From Candidatus Cloacimonadales bacterium (GTDB lineage: Bacteria > Cloacimonadota > Cloacimonadia > Cloacimonadales > JAIOQZ01): 64,000 nt of DNA. Location of the stretch: the NCBI GenBank assembly GCA_963662655.2, contig CAXXTU010000002.1, positions 2,432,001 to 2,496,000 on the forward strand. Direction: 5' to 3'. Each line of letters opens with the position of its first letter. Position 1 is the stretch's first letter. The translations under genes and the position numbers were made by a program. Below are positions 40,860 through 52,205 of the stretch, piece by piece. The notes beneath the pieces are model-generated. The model was not told the origin of the DNA. It worked only from the letters and a program-made list of their open reading frames with translations, and did not search any database.

Positions 40860-42991
40860 TCACTTCAGCAGCAGCATCTTCCTCGTGCAGGAATTACCCG
40901 AAGATTCCATCCGGCTGAGATACACCCCGCTTCCGACGGGGCTTCCCTGATCGTCGCGTCCATTCCAGACAACCGAATGCTCTCCCGCGTCCTGCCAACC
41001 TTTCTGAAGCGCACGAACCTGCTGACCTCGTACGTTGTAGATCGTGATCTCCACCTCGCCGGGGTACGCCAGGGAATAAGAGATCGTCGTCTCGGGGTTG
41101 AAGGGATTGGGGTGGTTGGTGAAGTTGCTCGTCTCGACAACCGGAATCTCCTCTTCACTTGTTGCAACAGCTTCCGTGCAATCGAACACACTGAAATAAT
41201 CATGACCTCTAACATAAGCTATCTCGTCAACAACATCAATTTCATAAGTAGTGGGCATATCAAGAGCAGCGCCTACTTCTTCCGGATGCATAGGATCGCT
41301 AATGTCGAAAATTCTAATTCCCAAATATTCCGAAAGAAAGACATACGTTCCCTTCATATCAATACTGTATGGTAATTCGATCAATTCGATTCTTCCTGCT
41401 TCGGTTGGAGAAGCCGGATCGCTCACATCCAGAATAACTACGTGATTATCATAAGTGTAACAAGTATAGTCTCCCTCTACAGCAAATGAAGGATCGAACC
41501 AGATCGTTAATCCGGTATTCGACAACTCTTCAATCTGGCTGAGATCACTAACACTCAGAATTATCAAATCATTATCGCTACGTATATAGATTTTTTGATT
41601 CTCCAGTTCGATATCATCCGCAAGATACTCAGCGTTACAGGAACCGGCCAGAACCGGCTGATCGGGATTGCTGAAATCAACAACCTGAAAGCCTGCGACT
41701 GTCGGTATATAGGCAAAACCGTCTTCTACGCAGAACTCATTAAAACTCCCCGGGCATTGCCATGTACCTCTTTCAACCGGCATTTCCAGAATGCTCATAT
41801 CGAAGATCCGTATCGCATTGGTACTATCCGCCAGATAAACGTAGCTTCCCTCCGTTTCGAAGGATTTCGTATTTTCCGGTATAACCCATTCACATACTGG
41901 AGGCAGGTTGTAAGGCTCGGCAATATTGAGAATGCTGGTATTCAACTGTAGGTCTCTGAAAATAGCATATTCGCCGAGTAATCCATATTCTTGTATTGAA
42001 TTCAGTGAAAACAATTGCCCCTGCTCAACGATCTGCAATGGATCGCTGACATCCAGGGTTATAATTCCCCTATAGACATCCAAACAAAAGAGGTTGTTTC
42101 CCAAACTGCAAATGCTGCCATAACGTGATTCATGCTCGAAAAAAAAACTAGCTCCAATTGCTCGAGGTTGCTTATATCAATAACACATAGACCTTCCCAC
42201 GTTAACACATACGCATAATCACCGCATGTTGTGAGTTCATAACACCAGTATGATAGATCGAGACAACTCACTTCATCGGGCTGCAAAGGATCGTTTAAAT
42301 CACGTACATGCAATCTATTTCTAGCAAAACAGATACCGTAATCCCCCACGATTTCCATCCGCTCACCATACCCAAGCGTATCGATAATTGCCCTGACTTC
42401 CGGTAAAAGTGGATCGCTCACGTCGACGACAGGTATGTTTCCCCAGGCAGGCATGGCATAGACATAATTCTCGTATTGCACCAAACTTGTCGTAGGGTAA
42501 TCAAGCTGACATTCACCCAAAAAAAAAGGTGAAACTGGGTTACTTATATCGATAATCCGGAAATTACTCCATGTGTTGACGTAGGCGTAATTGCCATTCA
42601 CCAAAACTTGTTTAGCGCTCTCAACTGTCTGGCAATAACTTATAATCTCCGGATGATAGGGATCGCTAATGTCCACAACACAAAGGCCTCTGTCATAGGC
42701 AGGAAGATACGCGTGATCTCCACTAATTGTGAATTGAGTACCTGTAGTTTCCAAAAAAACACAACCGCACATCTCAAGATTCTCCGGATCACTTACATCA
42801 ATAATACAAAATTCTTCTCCGCTATTCAGCACATAGAGGTAATTCCCCAAGGCCTCCATATGGTAGATATTATTCAGTCCGCTAAGCATTGTCTGCCCTT
42901 TGAGTTCGACATTCCAGCATTCCTGCGCGAGAAGCGCTCCGACGATCGTCAATAGTAGAATTGTTATCGTAAGCCGCATCTTGTGCTTCAT
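40860..42991 (-). pseudogene. LVIVD-repeat secreted protein with sorting domain, frameshifted at a T9 tract
   Basis: Many 'IIDVSDP'-type repeats in both ORFs (42059-42991 and 40860-42104); a T9 to T10 or T7 change at 42139-42147 restores the frame. Confidence 0.8.
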
Positions 42992-43323
42992 TTGCCTCTC
43001 CTTTTCCGTCTTTTCAAAGAAATGCCCATTTTTGCTTCATACCACGAGAAAACTCACACCCTCAAAGTGGTATTCTATTCTACACGTTGTCAATCTTTTA
43101 ATTATGCATATCCCATCTATAATTAAATTTGTGTACATCAAACGAATCCACGTTTCCGCCGGACGTTGCTTGTAAGTCTCAAATCATATTCCTGAATTTT
43201 ATCGAGAAAAATGACTCTCCTGCAAAAACTTGTTGCCTGATTACAGAGACATAAAATAGTTGTATGGATGAAAATGGGAGATAAACACCACGTTATCGTA
43301 ACACTACGTGGCGTATGGAAAGT

Positions 43324-43782
43324 ATGAAGATTCGATGGATTCTGATTCTATTACTCATAACCGTTTGCAGCGGATTGTTTTCCGAGGACTTCACTCCGGG
43401 GAAATCACCGGTGAAAGCCGCGTTGTTCTCGCTGGTTCTGCCGGGCGCAGGGCAGTTTTACAACGAAAGCTACTACAAGGCCGGCACGATTTTCCTGGTG
43501 GAGGGCATCCTCATCGGAAAGGCGATCCACGACCACTACGAGACGGAAAAAGCCTACGATAAAGCCATGAACAGCTACGGAGACGAATACGAGAAATGGG
43601 CGGACCGTTACTACACCTATTACGATCGCAGGCAAAACGATTACTGGTGGCTGGGGATCACGATCCTGCTCTCCTCCATCGACGCATTTGTGGACGCCCA
43701 CCTGTACAACTACGAAACGCTCCGCGACGACATTCATTTACGCTTTGAAAAAGATAAAATACTAATCTCATGGGAATTTTGA
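43324..43782 (+). CDS. DUF5683-like exported/membrane protein
   Basis: 'KSPVKAALFSLVLPGAGQFYN', 'IDAFVDAHL'. Confidence 0.7.
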   Translation: MKIRWILILLLITVCSGLFSEDFTPGKSPVKAALFSLVLPGAGQFYNESYYKAGTIFLVEGILIGKAIHDHYETEKAYDKAMNSYGDEYEKWADRYYTYYDRRQNDYWWLGITILLSSIDAFVDAHLYNYETLRDDIHLRFEKDKILISWEF

Positions 43783-43800
43783 CATACTAATTGGGAGGAT

Positions 43801-45282
43801 TTGATGGTATTTAAGTATGGACTTGTTGCCGCTTACGGAATCATGATTATCGTGATCGGCATCCTGGGTCTGAAAAAGACCAAGAGTTTCAACGATTACT
43901 TTCTCGGCGGAGGCAAGGTCGGCGCGATCATGACCGCTTTCACCTATGGAACCGCCTACTTTTCAGCCGTTCTGTTCATCGGATTTGCCGGCAAGATCGG
44001 TTGGGGATTCGGTTACTCCGGCCTTTGGATTGCCGTAACCAACGCGATTATCGGCGTGGTTGGCGTGTGGTGGTTCGTTGGCCCGCGTATTAAAAGACTT
44101 TCCATCCAGATGAACGTTACCACGATGGCCGAGTTTCTCGAGAAACGCTACGATAGCAAGATCATAAAATTCATGGCCGCCATCTCGATTTTTATTTTCT
44201 TCGTCCCCTATTCAGCCGCCGTCTTTATGGGGCTGTCCTATCTGTTCGAAACGACATTCCACATTCAATACACCTACGCGCTGCTGGCGATGGGCGGTTT
44301 TACCGCACTCTATCTCGTTATGGGCGGCTACAAATCCATGACCATGATCGACGTGATCTTCGGTATGATCATGTCCGTCGGCGTTGTCATTCTCCTGGCC
44401 TTCACCATCAATCGTGGCGGTGGAATTGGAAACATTACGCAAAGCTTGGCGGCGATCAATCCCAAGCTGGTCAAGCCGGTGGGACCTCCCGGAATCTGGC
44501 CGCTGCTCAGCCTGGTGATGCTCACCAGCGTCGCGCCGTTCGCTATGCCGCAGCTTATTCAGAAATTCTACGCGATCAAGGACGAGAAAACCATCAAGAA
44601 AGGTCTTGTCGCGTCCACCGTTTTCGCACTGCTGATCGGCGGCGTAGCCTATTTCACCGGCGCAACCACCCGCATCTTCCTGAATCCGGAAGTCGCTCCC
44701 GGGGCTTTCATCGACGGGAAACCGGCATTCGATCGCCTGATGCCGGAGCTTCTGATGAACATTATCCCCGAGTCTCTGTCCGTTGTGATCCTTCTTCTGA
44801 TTCTTTCCGCATCGATGTCCACCCTTGCGGCGCTCGTGTTGATTTCGAGTTCGTCGATCGCGAAAGACATCTATGCCGGATTCATCAATCCGAATGTACG
44901 GGATCGGACACTCACGACCCTAATGCGTATAGGAAGCGCTTTCTTTGTACTTCTTTCCGTGATTCTTGCCTACTTCCAACCCGCATCCATCGTAAGCATC
45001 CTGGGAATCTCCTGGGGAGCGATTGGAGCGGTGTTCTTAGGGCCATTCATCTGGGGATTATTTTCCCGTAAGGTGAACGATATTGGCGCAATTTCTGCAT
45101 CCGTTCTCGGTCTTGGCACGTGTCTTGTATTATACGTGATGAAGGGCCCATCATTCTCGCCACAGGCGGGGTCGATCGGAATGATCGTATCGTTGGTGGT
45201 TTGCCCGTTGTTCAGCTATCTGAAGCCCAAGAGGTTGGTGAGACCAGCCCATGAAATATGGGAGAAACACCACCGGGATTGA
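43801..45282 (+). CDS. Sodium:solute symporter (SSS family)
   Basis: 'DYFLGG', 'FSAVLFIGFAG', 'SASMST'; multi-TM. Confidence 0.9.
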   Translation: MMVFKYGLVAAYGIMIIVIGILGLKKTKSFNDYFLGGGKVGAIMTAFTYGTAYFSAVLFIGFAGKIGWGFGYSGLWIAVTNAIIGVVGVWWFVGPRIKRLSIQMNVTTMAEFLEKRYDSKIIKFMAAISIFIFFVPYSAAVFMGLSYLFETTFHIQYTYALLAMGGFTALYLVMGGYKSMTMIDVIFGMIMSVGVVILLAFTINRGGGIGNITQSLAAINPKLVKPVGPPGIWPLLSLVMLTSVAPFAMPQLIQKFYAIKDEKTIKKGLVASTVFALLIGGVAYFTGATTRIFLNPEVAPGAFIDGKPAFDRLMPELLMNIIPESLSVVILLLILSASMSTLAALVLISSSSIAKDIYAGFINPNVRDRTLTTLMRIGSAFFVLLSVILAYFQPASIVSILGISWGAIGAVFLGPFIWGLFSRKVNDIGAISASVLGLGTCLVLYVMKGPSFSPQAGSIGMIVSLVVCPLFSYLKPKRLVRPAHEIWEKHHRD

Positions 45283-45325
45283 TCGCTGGATTTTTTACAG
45301 GATTATGCACATTGAGGAGAGAGAG

Positions 45326-47629
45326 ATGCGAAAATTATCATTTGTAACGATGGTCTTATTGCTAGGCGCGCTGCTTCACGGCGCGATGCTCAAGAACATC
45401 CCGATGACAATCACCCAGCCGGACGGCACAACGTTCGAGTGTCTGGCGAGCGGTGATGAATATTTCAACTACCTGCACGACGAAAACGGCTACACGATCA
45501 TCCAGAGTCAGGACGACGGCTTTTATTATTATGCCGCCATGCAAAACAATGCCCCTGTAGCGTCTGCGTACCGTGTAAACGAAGTCAATCCAGCTTCGGC
45601 CGGGCTTGAGCCCGGTACGTTGATATCGAAAGAAGAATATCTGGAACGACGCTCACAAAAAGAGAGCTCCATGCGTGACGGCGACCGCATGAATTCGATC
45701 GGAATCGTACAGAATCTCGTTGTTTACATTCGCTTTGCGGATCAATCCGAGTTCGATAATCCACGTACGTATTTCGACGCAAAATTCAACGGCGACGACA
45801 ATTCACTGGGAGATTACTACGATGAGGTCTCGTACGGTCAGATGGAAGTGCTGAGCACCCATTACCCCGTCTGCGAGACAACAACGAATCTTTCCTATCA
45901 GGATTCACATCCTCGCCGATACTACAGCCCGTACAATCAGGTCACGAATCCGGAAGGTTACCAGAACAGTGGCCAGTACAGCGATCGCGAGCACCAGCTC
46001 CTGGTCAATGCAATCAACTATATCGCCGACGAAGTTCCCGAAGACCTGGTCATCGATAATGACAACGACGGCAAGGTCGACAATGTCTGCTTCATCATCC
46101 GCGGCGGAAACGATAGCTGGGCGGACCTCCTGTGGGCGCATCGCTGGATGCTTTTTTCCTACACGGTATACGTTCACGGGAAACGCGTTTACGACTACAC
46201 GTTCCAGCCTGAGACTCAGAACGAAGTCAGTACGCTCTGCCACGAAATGTTCCACTCGGTCGGCGCACCCGACCTCTACCACTACAACGGCGGTTCTTTC
46301 GAATCCTGCGGTGTGTGGGACATCATGGATGGCGGTTCGGCACACATGGGCGCGTACATGAAGTATATGTACAGCGACTGGATTTCCGAGATCCCTGAAA
46401 TCTCCGCCCACGGCACGTATTACCTGAATTCATTGCTCGATGGCGTCAACAACTGCTTTAAAATCCCGTCGCCCAACTGCTCCACGGAATATTTTGTTCT
46501 GGAATATCGCCGGAAAGTTCCGGGGACATACGAGAACATGCTCCCATCGTCCGGGCTTGTCGTGTACCGTATCAATTCGCTTTACGAGGGACAGGGGAAC
46601 GCCTCCGGTCCTCCCGACGAGGTTTACATCTACCGGCCGGGTGGAACGACGAGCGCGAATGGCAACCTCAATCAAGCGCCATTCTCGGAAGAAAACGGTC
46701 GCAGAAGCATCAGCGATGAAACAAATCCAAGCTGCTTCCTCAGCAACGGGGATCCTGGCGGATTATTCATCCATCAGGCAGGTTCCTGCGATGATCAGAT
46801 TTCGTTCATCCTTTACCCTGAACTGGGATACCTTTCAGGCGTTGTTTCCGCGAACAACGGCGACCCCGACCTGACACAGGTACAGATCGTCATCGACGAT
46901 TTCATCATGTCTCCGGGAGCCAGCGGAGGCTTTTCGGTGCCCTACTACGAGGGCACCTACGAAGTCACGGCCCTTCTCGACGGCTACGCTCCGGCAACAG
47001 CCACCGCCGTGATCCCACCGAACGGTTTCGTGGATATCGAGCTCAATCTCGATTTCCTCGCACCGCCTTTCAATCTCGATCGTACGCTCGACGGAAACGA
47101 CGTGCACATGACGTGGTCGTTCGATAATGAAGACGACGAGAATTTCACACACTACGCAATCTACATCAAGGCGACCTCGCAGAACTTCGCTCAGTTCGCG
47201 ACTACAACCGATTGCGTCTACGATGTGACCCTCTCACCCGTGCTGGACTACGCTTTCCAGGTAAGGGCGATCTACGACAACGGCACAAGCGCTCCCTCGA
47301 ACACGATATACATCAGCTACGTGGATAACGATGATCCGACCGCGCCTCCGGTCGAGACGGCGCTCAACGGAAACCATCCCAACCCGTTCAACCCCACCAC
47401 GGAGATCAGTTTCTCGCTCAAGGATCAGCAGCAGGTAAAACTGGAGGTGTTCAACCTCAAGGGACAGCTTGTGAAAACCCTGGTGAACGATAAAATGCAA
47501 AGCGGCAACCACACCGTAACCTGGACCGGCGACGACAATCATGGCAAGAAGGTTGGAAGCGGTGTTTACTTCTACCGTATCAAAGCGGGACGCTACGTCT
47601 CAACCAAAAAGATGATTATGTTGAAATAG
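45326..47629 (+). CDS. M6 family (immune inhibitor A-like) metalloprotease with C-terminal sorting domain
   Basis: 'CHEMFHSVGAPDLY', 'WDIM', 'EYFVLEYR'; CTD. Confidence 0.9.
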   Translation: MRKLSFVTMVLLLGALLHGAMLKNIPMTITQPDGTTFECLASGDEYFNYLHDENGYTIIQSQDDGFYYYAAMQNNAPVASAYRVNEVNPASAGLEPGTLISKEEYLERRSQKESSMRDGDRMNSIGIVQNLVVYIRFADQSEFDNPRTYFDAKFNGDDNSLGDYYDEVSYGQMEVLSTHYPVCETTTNLSYQDSHPRRYYSPYNQVTNPEGYQNSGQYSDREHQLLVNAINYIADEVPEDLVIDNDNDGKVDNVCFIIRGGNDSWADLLWAHRWMLFSYTVYVHGKRVYDYTFQPETQNEVSTLCHEMFHSVGAPDLYHYNGGSFESCGVWDIMDGGSAHMGAYMKYMYSDWISEIPEISAHGTYYLNSLLDGVNNCFKIPSPNCSTEYFVLEYRRKVPGTYENMLPSSGLVVYRINSLYEGQGNASGPPDEVYIYRPGGTTSANGNLNQAPFSEENGRRSISDETNPSCFLSNGDPGGLFIHQAGSCDDQISFILYPELGYLSGVVSANNGDPDLTQVQIVIDDFIMSPGASGGFSVPYYEGTYEVTALLDGYAPATATAVIPPNGFVDIELNLDFLAPPFNLDRTLDGNDVHMTWSFDNEDDENFTHYAIYIKATSQNFAQFATTTDCVYDVTLSPVLDYAFQVRAIYDNGTSAPSNTIYISYVDNDDPTAPPVETALNGNHPNPFNPTTEISFSLKDQQQVKLEVFNLKGQLVKTLVNDKMQSGNHTVTWTGDDNHGKKVGSGVYFYRIKAGRYVSTKKMIMLK

Positions 47630-47646
47630 AGCTTTCTCTTACTGTG

Positions 47647-47678
47647 AAGCCGTTTCCAAGATGGAAACGGCTTTTTTT
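47647..47678 (+). terminator. Rho-independent terminator
   Basis: AAGCCGTTTCCA-AGA-TGGAAACGGCTT plus T tract. Confidence 0.85.
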
Positions 47679-47761
47679 ACACGCAATCAGTGTGCTGAGG
47701 AATAAGAGATTTCCCTCTTCTTAATCACTACGAAAGTCTTTATAATATCCAGTACTCGATA

Positions 47762-47806
47762 TGTGTTATATCCACATCGGAGCATGCGATCGGACGAAGG
47801 TGCCAC
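47762..47806 (+). repeat. Dispersed hairpin element, right-arm remnant
   Basis: 'tgtgttatatccacatcggagcatgcgatcggacgaaggtgccac' vs copy A 'tgtggtatatccccgttgggaggcggatcgggcgaagatgccac'. Confidence 0.55.
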
Positions 47807-47825
47807 GAGATGGAAAACAATCGCA

Positions 47826-48962
47826 CTACAGGAATTTGCCGTAGTTGTTCAACACCTCGTGATACGTTGCGTGATTCTCATTCAAAATGATCTCGATTGA
47901 AGGATGTGCGATATTCTCCACACCCTGAAGGTAGTTTCGTAAAATCGTTTCGATCTGCCTGAACTTGATCCTTCCGCCCAGGAAAAGCTCAATCGCCGCT
48001 TCATTTGCTGCGTTTAGCACCGTTGGAAGAATGCCTCCCTTCCGCGCGACCTCCAGTGCCAGATAGAAAACTGGATAGCGATCTTTCTCCACCGGCTCGA
48101 ATGTAAGCGTACCGATGTCCGACAGAGAGGTTTTTACCAGGTTCGACTGAAATCGCTCGGGGTAGCTTAGCGCGTAGAGAATCGGGAGCTTCATCGAAGG
48201 CGTACTCATCTGCGAGAGGATCGAACCATCGATGAACTCCACCATCGAGTGTACGATCGATTGCGGGTGGATCACCGCCTGAATGTCGTCATAACCAATC
48301 CCGAAGAGCCAGTGCGCTTCCATGACCTCGAGTGCTTTGTTCATCATGGTTGCCGAATCGATGGTGACCTTGGCCCCCATATCCCAGGTTGGGTGATTCA
48401 ACGCATCCCGGGGGGTTATTGTCTCGAAATCATCCAGCGGAAGCGTGCGGAACGGTCCGCCAGACGCTGTGAGAATAAGCTTGCCGATCTCCCGCTTGGG
48501 ACTTTGTCCGATCACCTGAAACAACGCGCTGTGCTCGCTATCCACCGGTATGATCTTCGAGCCCGATTCACGGCAGATATCCGTGATCAGATGCCCGGCC
48601 ATCACCAGAGATTCCTTGTTGGCCAGCGCGACATCCTTGCCCCTTTTCACTGCCTCGTTGGTGTAGATCATCCCGGCCGAGCCGGCCACCGCGTTGAGTA
48701 CGATATCGTAATCGGCATGACGAAGCAAGTCCAGAAGCGCTTCGGAACCGCTGGCCATGTTTTCGGGGATATCCGCTACCGAGCGATCGGTGATCACGGG
48801 ATGAAGGATATTGAATTCGATCGAGAGATCGATCAGGTTTTTGAGATTGCTGTGCGTGGATGCAACGGTGATTTCGAAATGGTCGCAGTGATGCCGGATG
48901 ACATCGATCGCGGAAGCGCCGATGGACCCGGACACGCCGAGAATTGCTATTTTCTTCTTCAT
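47826..48962 (-). CDS. dxr: 1-deoxy-D-xylulose-5-phosphate reductoisomerase
   Basis: 'LGVSGSIG', 'LANKESLV', 'PVDSEH', 'HPTWDMGAKVTIDSATMMNK', 'NAANE'. Confidence 0.97.
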   Translation of the reverse strand: MKKKIAILGVSGSIGASAIDVIRHHCDHFEITVASTHSNLKNLIDLSIEFNILHPVITDRSVADIPENMASGSEALLDLLRHADYDIVLNAVAGSAGMIYTNEAVKRGKDVALANKESLVMAGHLITDICRESGSKIIPVDSEHSALFQVIGQSPKREIGKLILTASGGPFRTLPLDDFETITPRDALNHPTWDMGAKVTIDSATMMNKALEVMEAHWLFGIGYDDIQAVIHPQSIVHSMVEFIDGSILSQMSTPSMKLPILYALSYPERFQSNLVKTSLSDIGTLTFEPVEKDRYPVFYLALEVARKGGILPTVLNAANEAAIELFLGGRIKFRQIETILRNYLQGVENIAHPSIEIILNENHATYHEVLNNYGKFL

Positions 48963-48977
48963 GAATCCTCGTTGGTT

Positions 48978-49937
48978 TTAGAACTGGAGTCCCAGCGATA
49001 CGCGGTGCGAATCCTCCAGCTCCGTATTTTGCTCGAACGCATAATGCAGCTCGAGCGGAAGCAGGGAGAGGGTCAGGCCGGCGGTCACATTCTCCACGTC
49101 GTATCCCAGGAACAGCGAAAGCACCTCGTGCGCCTGTATCGCCAGCCCGGCATGGTAGTCCAGGCTCATGAAACCGAGAGACGTCGTAGCGCTTTCATCG
49201 CGGTTCTCGAAATACGATTCGATACCGAATATTATGCTCACCGGCGTATGAATCCACGGAAAATTGAAGTGGAAGTTCGATTCCAGATCCAACCCGGGAT
49301 TTACAGTCTCATGTGTTCCATTTTCCCAGAATATCTGCGTACTGAAGAAGTCGCGCAGCCTTGCACCGAGCGTTACATTTTCGCCGAAATCGTGATACGA
49401 GGTGAGGTCGGCGCCAAAGCCGTACCCGGTTTCCTTTGCCAGCACGCGGTAAGCGAACTTCGGCGTAACACCGATCGGTATTCCGCTCACGTCCGTGGCG
49501 AATCCCGCGTAGATGATATAATCCGCGTTGTTCACGCTATCGTACTCGTATGGTTGATTGTTCGCAGAAAGCGAGTCGTCGGGGTTGTCTTTTCTCGTGA
49601 GTGGAATATCGTCGATACCGATGCGCGAAATCACGATCGCGAAGGGTTTCTTCGATCCAATCACACCGGAGATGGTATCATACTGGAATTCTCCCAGTTC
49701 TTCCGCGTGCATTAGCTCGAAGCGTGTATTTTGCTTCTTCGAAAGCAGCGATGCGTTCCAATACGCCAATGCGGACGAGTTCGCATCCGTCAGTCCCGTT
49801 CCGCCCATGGCGTAATTTCTCACGCCGGCTCCCATACGGAAAATCTCACCGGCATACTTTTCGGCAGATAGCGTGGCCACACTCGCGATTACCACAAACA
49901 GCAGCAGAATTCGAATCCAGTTACTTTGCCCTATCAT
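48978..49937 (-). CDS. PorV/PorQ-like outer-membrane beta-barrel protein
   Basis: 'MGAGVRNYAMGG...ALAYWNAS' N-terminal motif; C-terminal beta-signal 'SHRVSLGLQF'. Confidence 0.7.
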   Translation of the reverse strand: MIGQSNWIRILLLFVVIASVATLSAEKYAGEIFRMGAGVRNYAMGGTGLTDANSSALAYWNASLLSKKQNTRFELMHAEELGEFQYDTISGVIGSKKPFAIVISRIGIDDIPLTRKDNPDDSLSANNQPYEYDSVNNADYIIYAGFATDVSGIPIGVTPKFAYRVLAKETGYGFGADLTSYHDFGENVTLGARLRDFFSTQIFWENGTHETVNPGLDLESNFHFNFPWIHTPVSIIFGIESYFENRDESATTSLGFMSLDYHAGLAIQAHEVLSLFLGYDVENVTAGLTLSLLPLELHYAFEQNTELEDSHRVSLGLQF

Positions 49938-49994
49938 CCCATACCTCTATGATTGATGTGTTTGCAGGTAAAACGATTACAATCACATTACGTT

Positions 49995-52205
49995 TCATTT
50001 CCTGTCTTTATTCATTGGAGAGGTCTCCACGAAATTCCCCAGAATGCGTTTCAACGCCCCGCTTTCGAACGATATCGTAAGCTTGGCGTTCTCCCCGGAC
50101 CCGTCGACGCTGAGAACCGTTCCCTTGCCGAACGTGTTGTGCAGTACCTTCTGTCCGATCTTGTAAAGCTTCTGCGATTCGAGAATCACGTTCGTTTTCT
50201 TCGGCGCATTCCCCCTGCCGGGAGAGGCCTTTGTCGGGCTCGCGGTCACCTCGTAGAAATCCGACCCGGCAAGCCTCAGGTATTTATTGTCCAGTTCCTT
50301 CAGGAATCGGCTCGGCAACACCGGCTCGATCGTGTTGTATTCACGGCGCCACCGGCTGTAACTCAGTTCCAGATGACGCTTCGCCCGGGTAATGGCAACA
50401 TAAAGCAAACGCCGTTCCTCTTCAAGCAATTTTTCTTCTTCCAGGTTCAGGCGATGCGGGATAAGTCCATCCCCCATTCCGCAGATAAACACATGGTCGA
50501 ACTCGAGTCCCTTGGCGTTGTGCATGGTCATGAGCTGTACAACGCCCCGCTCGTCGTCCGCATGATCCAGATCCGTCTGTAGCGTGACGTTTTGCAGGTA
50601 ATCGAGCAGAAGAGGAGGATTTTCGTTCTCGTCCAGATACTCTTCGGTGTACTCTCTGGAAGCGGCCATGATCTCTTTCAGGTTGTCGGCCCTCGTGGCG
50701 TCCTGGATGTCTCCCGTCGATTCATAGAGCGGAATCAGCTTGAGATCGCCGATGACCCGCTCGATGATCATCGCCGCGGAGTCCGTTTCCGCTGCGATTC
50801 TCCATCCCTCGATCATCTTCGCGAAATCGGATATCTGCTTCTTCGCCGAGGCTCCAAGCAGAGGATTGTAACCGACTTCCTGCACCGAGCGATAGAGCGT
50901 CACGCCATGCTTGATCGAGTAATCCAGCAATTTCCCGACACTCGTATTACCAATTTTCCGCGGCGGAAAATTGATGATACGAGCGAGACTCTCGCTGTCG
51001 TCGGGATTGACCAGCACGCGAAGATATGCCAGGATATCCTTGATCTCCTTCCGCTGGAAGAAGTTCACGCCACCCACAACGGTGTAGGAGATATTCCGCT
51101 TGGCAAATTCCTGCTCGATAACGCGCGACTGCGCGTTCGTGCGGAACAGCACAGCGATATCAGCAAGCGCGGTTTTGTTACGGATTTCTTCCACTCGATC
51201 CGCGATGAATTTCGCTTCCTTCCGCTCATCCTCGAAGATGGACATCGCCGGCTTCTCGCCCTCGCCCACATCCGTCCAGAGGTCCTTCTGATGCCTTCCC
51301 TGATTGTTCTTGATCAGGCTGTTCGCCAGGTCGAGAATGTTCTGGGTCGAGCGATAATTCTGCTCGAGGCGTATCGTTTTGACCTTCCCGTAATCGTCCT
51401 CGAAGCGCAGGATATTGCGCACGTCGGCTCCGCGCCATCCGTAAATGGCCTGATCGTCGTCCCCGACCACGCAGAGGTTCCCGTGGTCCTTCGCGAGCAG
51501 ATTGACGATCTTGAACTGCGCGTAGTTCGTGTCCTGGTACTCGTCGATCATGATGTATCGGAACTGCGACGCGTATTTCCTGCGGATGTCCTCGTGCTCG
51601 TCGAGCAAGTAGGCCATGCGTAGGAGGAGGTCGTCGAAATCGAGCGCGTTGTTCTTCACGAGGTCTTCCGTGTAAGCCTTGTAAATCTTGTGAAAGGTCT
51701 TCGTGTATGCGTTCTCGTCCTGGAATTCAAAGAATTCTTCCGGACGGATCAGGTTGTTCTTGTTCCGGCTGATCAGATTATGCACCTTGCCGGGCGGAAA
51801 TGCCTTGCTATCGATGTCCAGACGCTTGACAATCCGTTTGATCAACGTCTTCTGGTCGTCGGCGTCGTAGATGACAAAATTTGATTTGAAAGGCAACCGG
51901 TCGCTCTCGTAGCGGAGGATCCTCGCACAGATGCTGTGGAAGGTTCCCACCCAGAGATTGCGCGTCTGCAAATGAAAGGTTTCTTCCAGGCGATCGCGCA
52001 ATTCGCGCGCGGCCTTGTTGGTGAAGGTAACAATCAGGATGTTGTATGGGTTGACTCGCTTCTCGCGGATCAGCCAGGCGGCGCGATAGATCACGGAACG
52101 GGTTTTACCGCTCCCTGCGCCTGCAAGAACCAGGACAGGGCCTTCCGTTGCCTGTACCACTTCCTGCTGACGTTCGTTCAATCCCCGCAACAGCGGATTA
52201 CTCAA
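49995..52205 (-). CDS. pcrA: ATP-dependent DNA helicase PcrA/UvrD
   Basis: AGAGSGKT, TFTNKAA, DEYQDTN, VGDDDQ, LEQNYRS, MHNAKGLEF, EERRLLYVAITRA; C-terminal Tudor-like domain. Confidence 0.95.
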   Translation of the reverse strand: MSNPLLRGLNERQQEVVQATEGPVLVLAGAGSGKTRSVIYRAAWLIREKRVNPYNILIVTFTNKAARELRDRLEETFHLQTRNLWVGTFHSICARILRYESDRLPFKSNFVIYDADDQKTLIKRIVKRLDIDSKAFPPGKVHNLISRNKNNLIRPEEFFEFQDENAYTKTFHKIYKAYTEDLVKNNALDFDDLLLRMAYLLDEHEDIRRKYASQFRYIMIDEYQDTNYAQFKIVNLLAKDHGNLCVVGDDDQAIYGWRGADVRNILRFEDDYGKVKTIRLEQNYRSTQNILDLANSLIKNNQGRHQKDLWTDVGEGEKPAMSIFEDERKEAKFIADRVEEIRNKTALADIAVLFRTNAQSRVIEQEFAKRNISYTVVGGVNFFQRKEIKDILAYLRVLVNPDDSESLARIINFPPRKIGNTSVGKLLDYSIKHGVTLYRSVQEVGYNPLLGASAKKQISDFAKMIEGWRIAAETDSAAMIIERVIGDLKLIPLYESTGDIQDATRADNLKEIMAASREYTEEYLDENENPPLLLDYLQNVTLQTDLDHADDERGVVQLMTMHNAKGLEFDHVFICGMGDGLIPHRLNLEEEKLLEEERRLLYVAITRAKRHLELSYSRWRREYNTIEPVLPSRFLKELDNKYLRLAGSDFYEVTASPTKASPGRGNAPKKTNVILESQKLYKIGQKVLHNTFGKGTVLSVDGSGENAKLTISFESGALKRILGNFVETSPMNKDRK

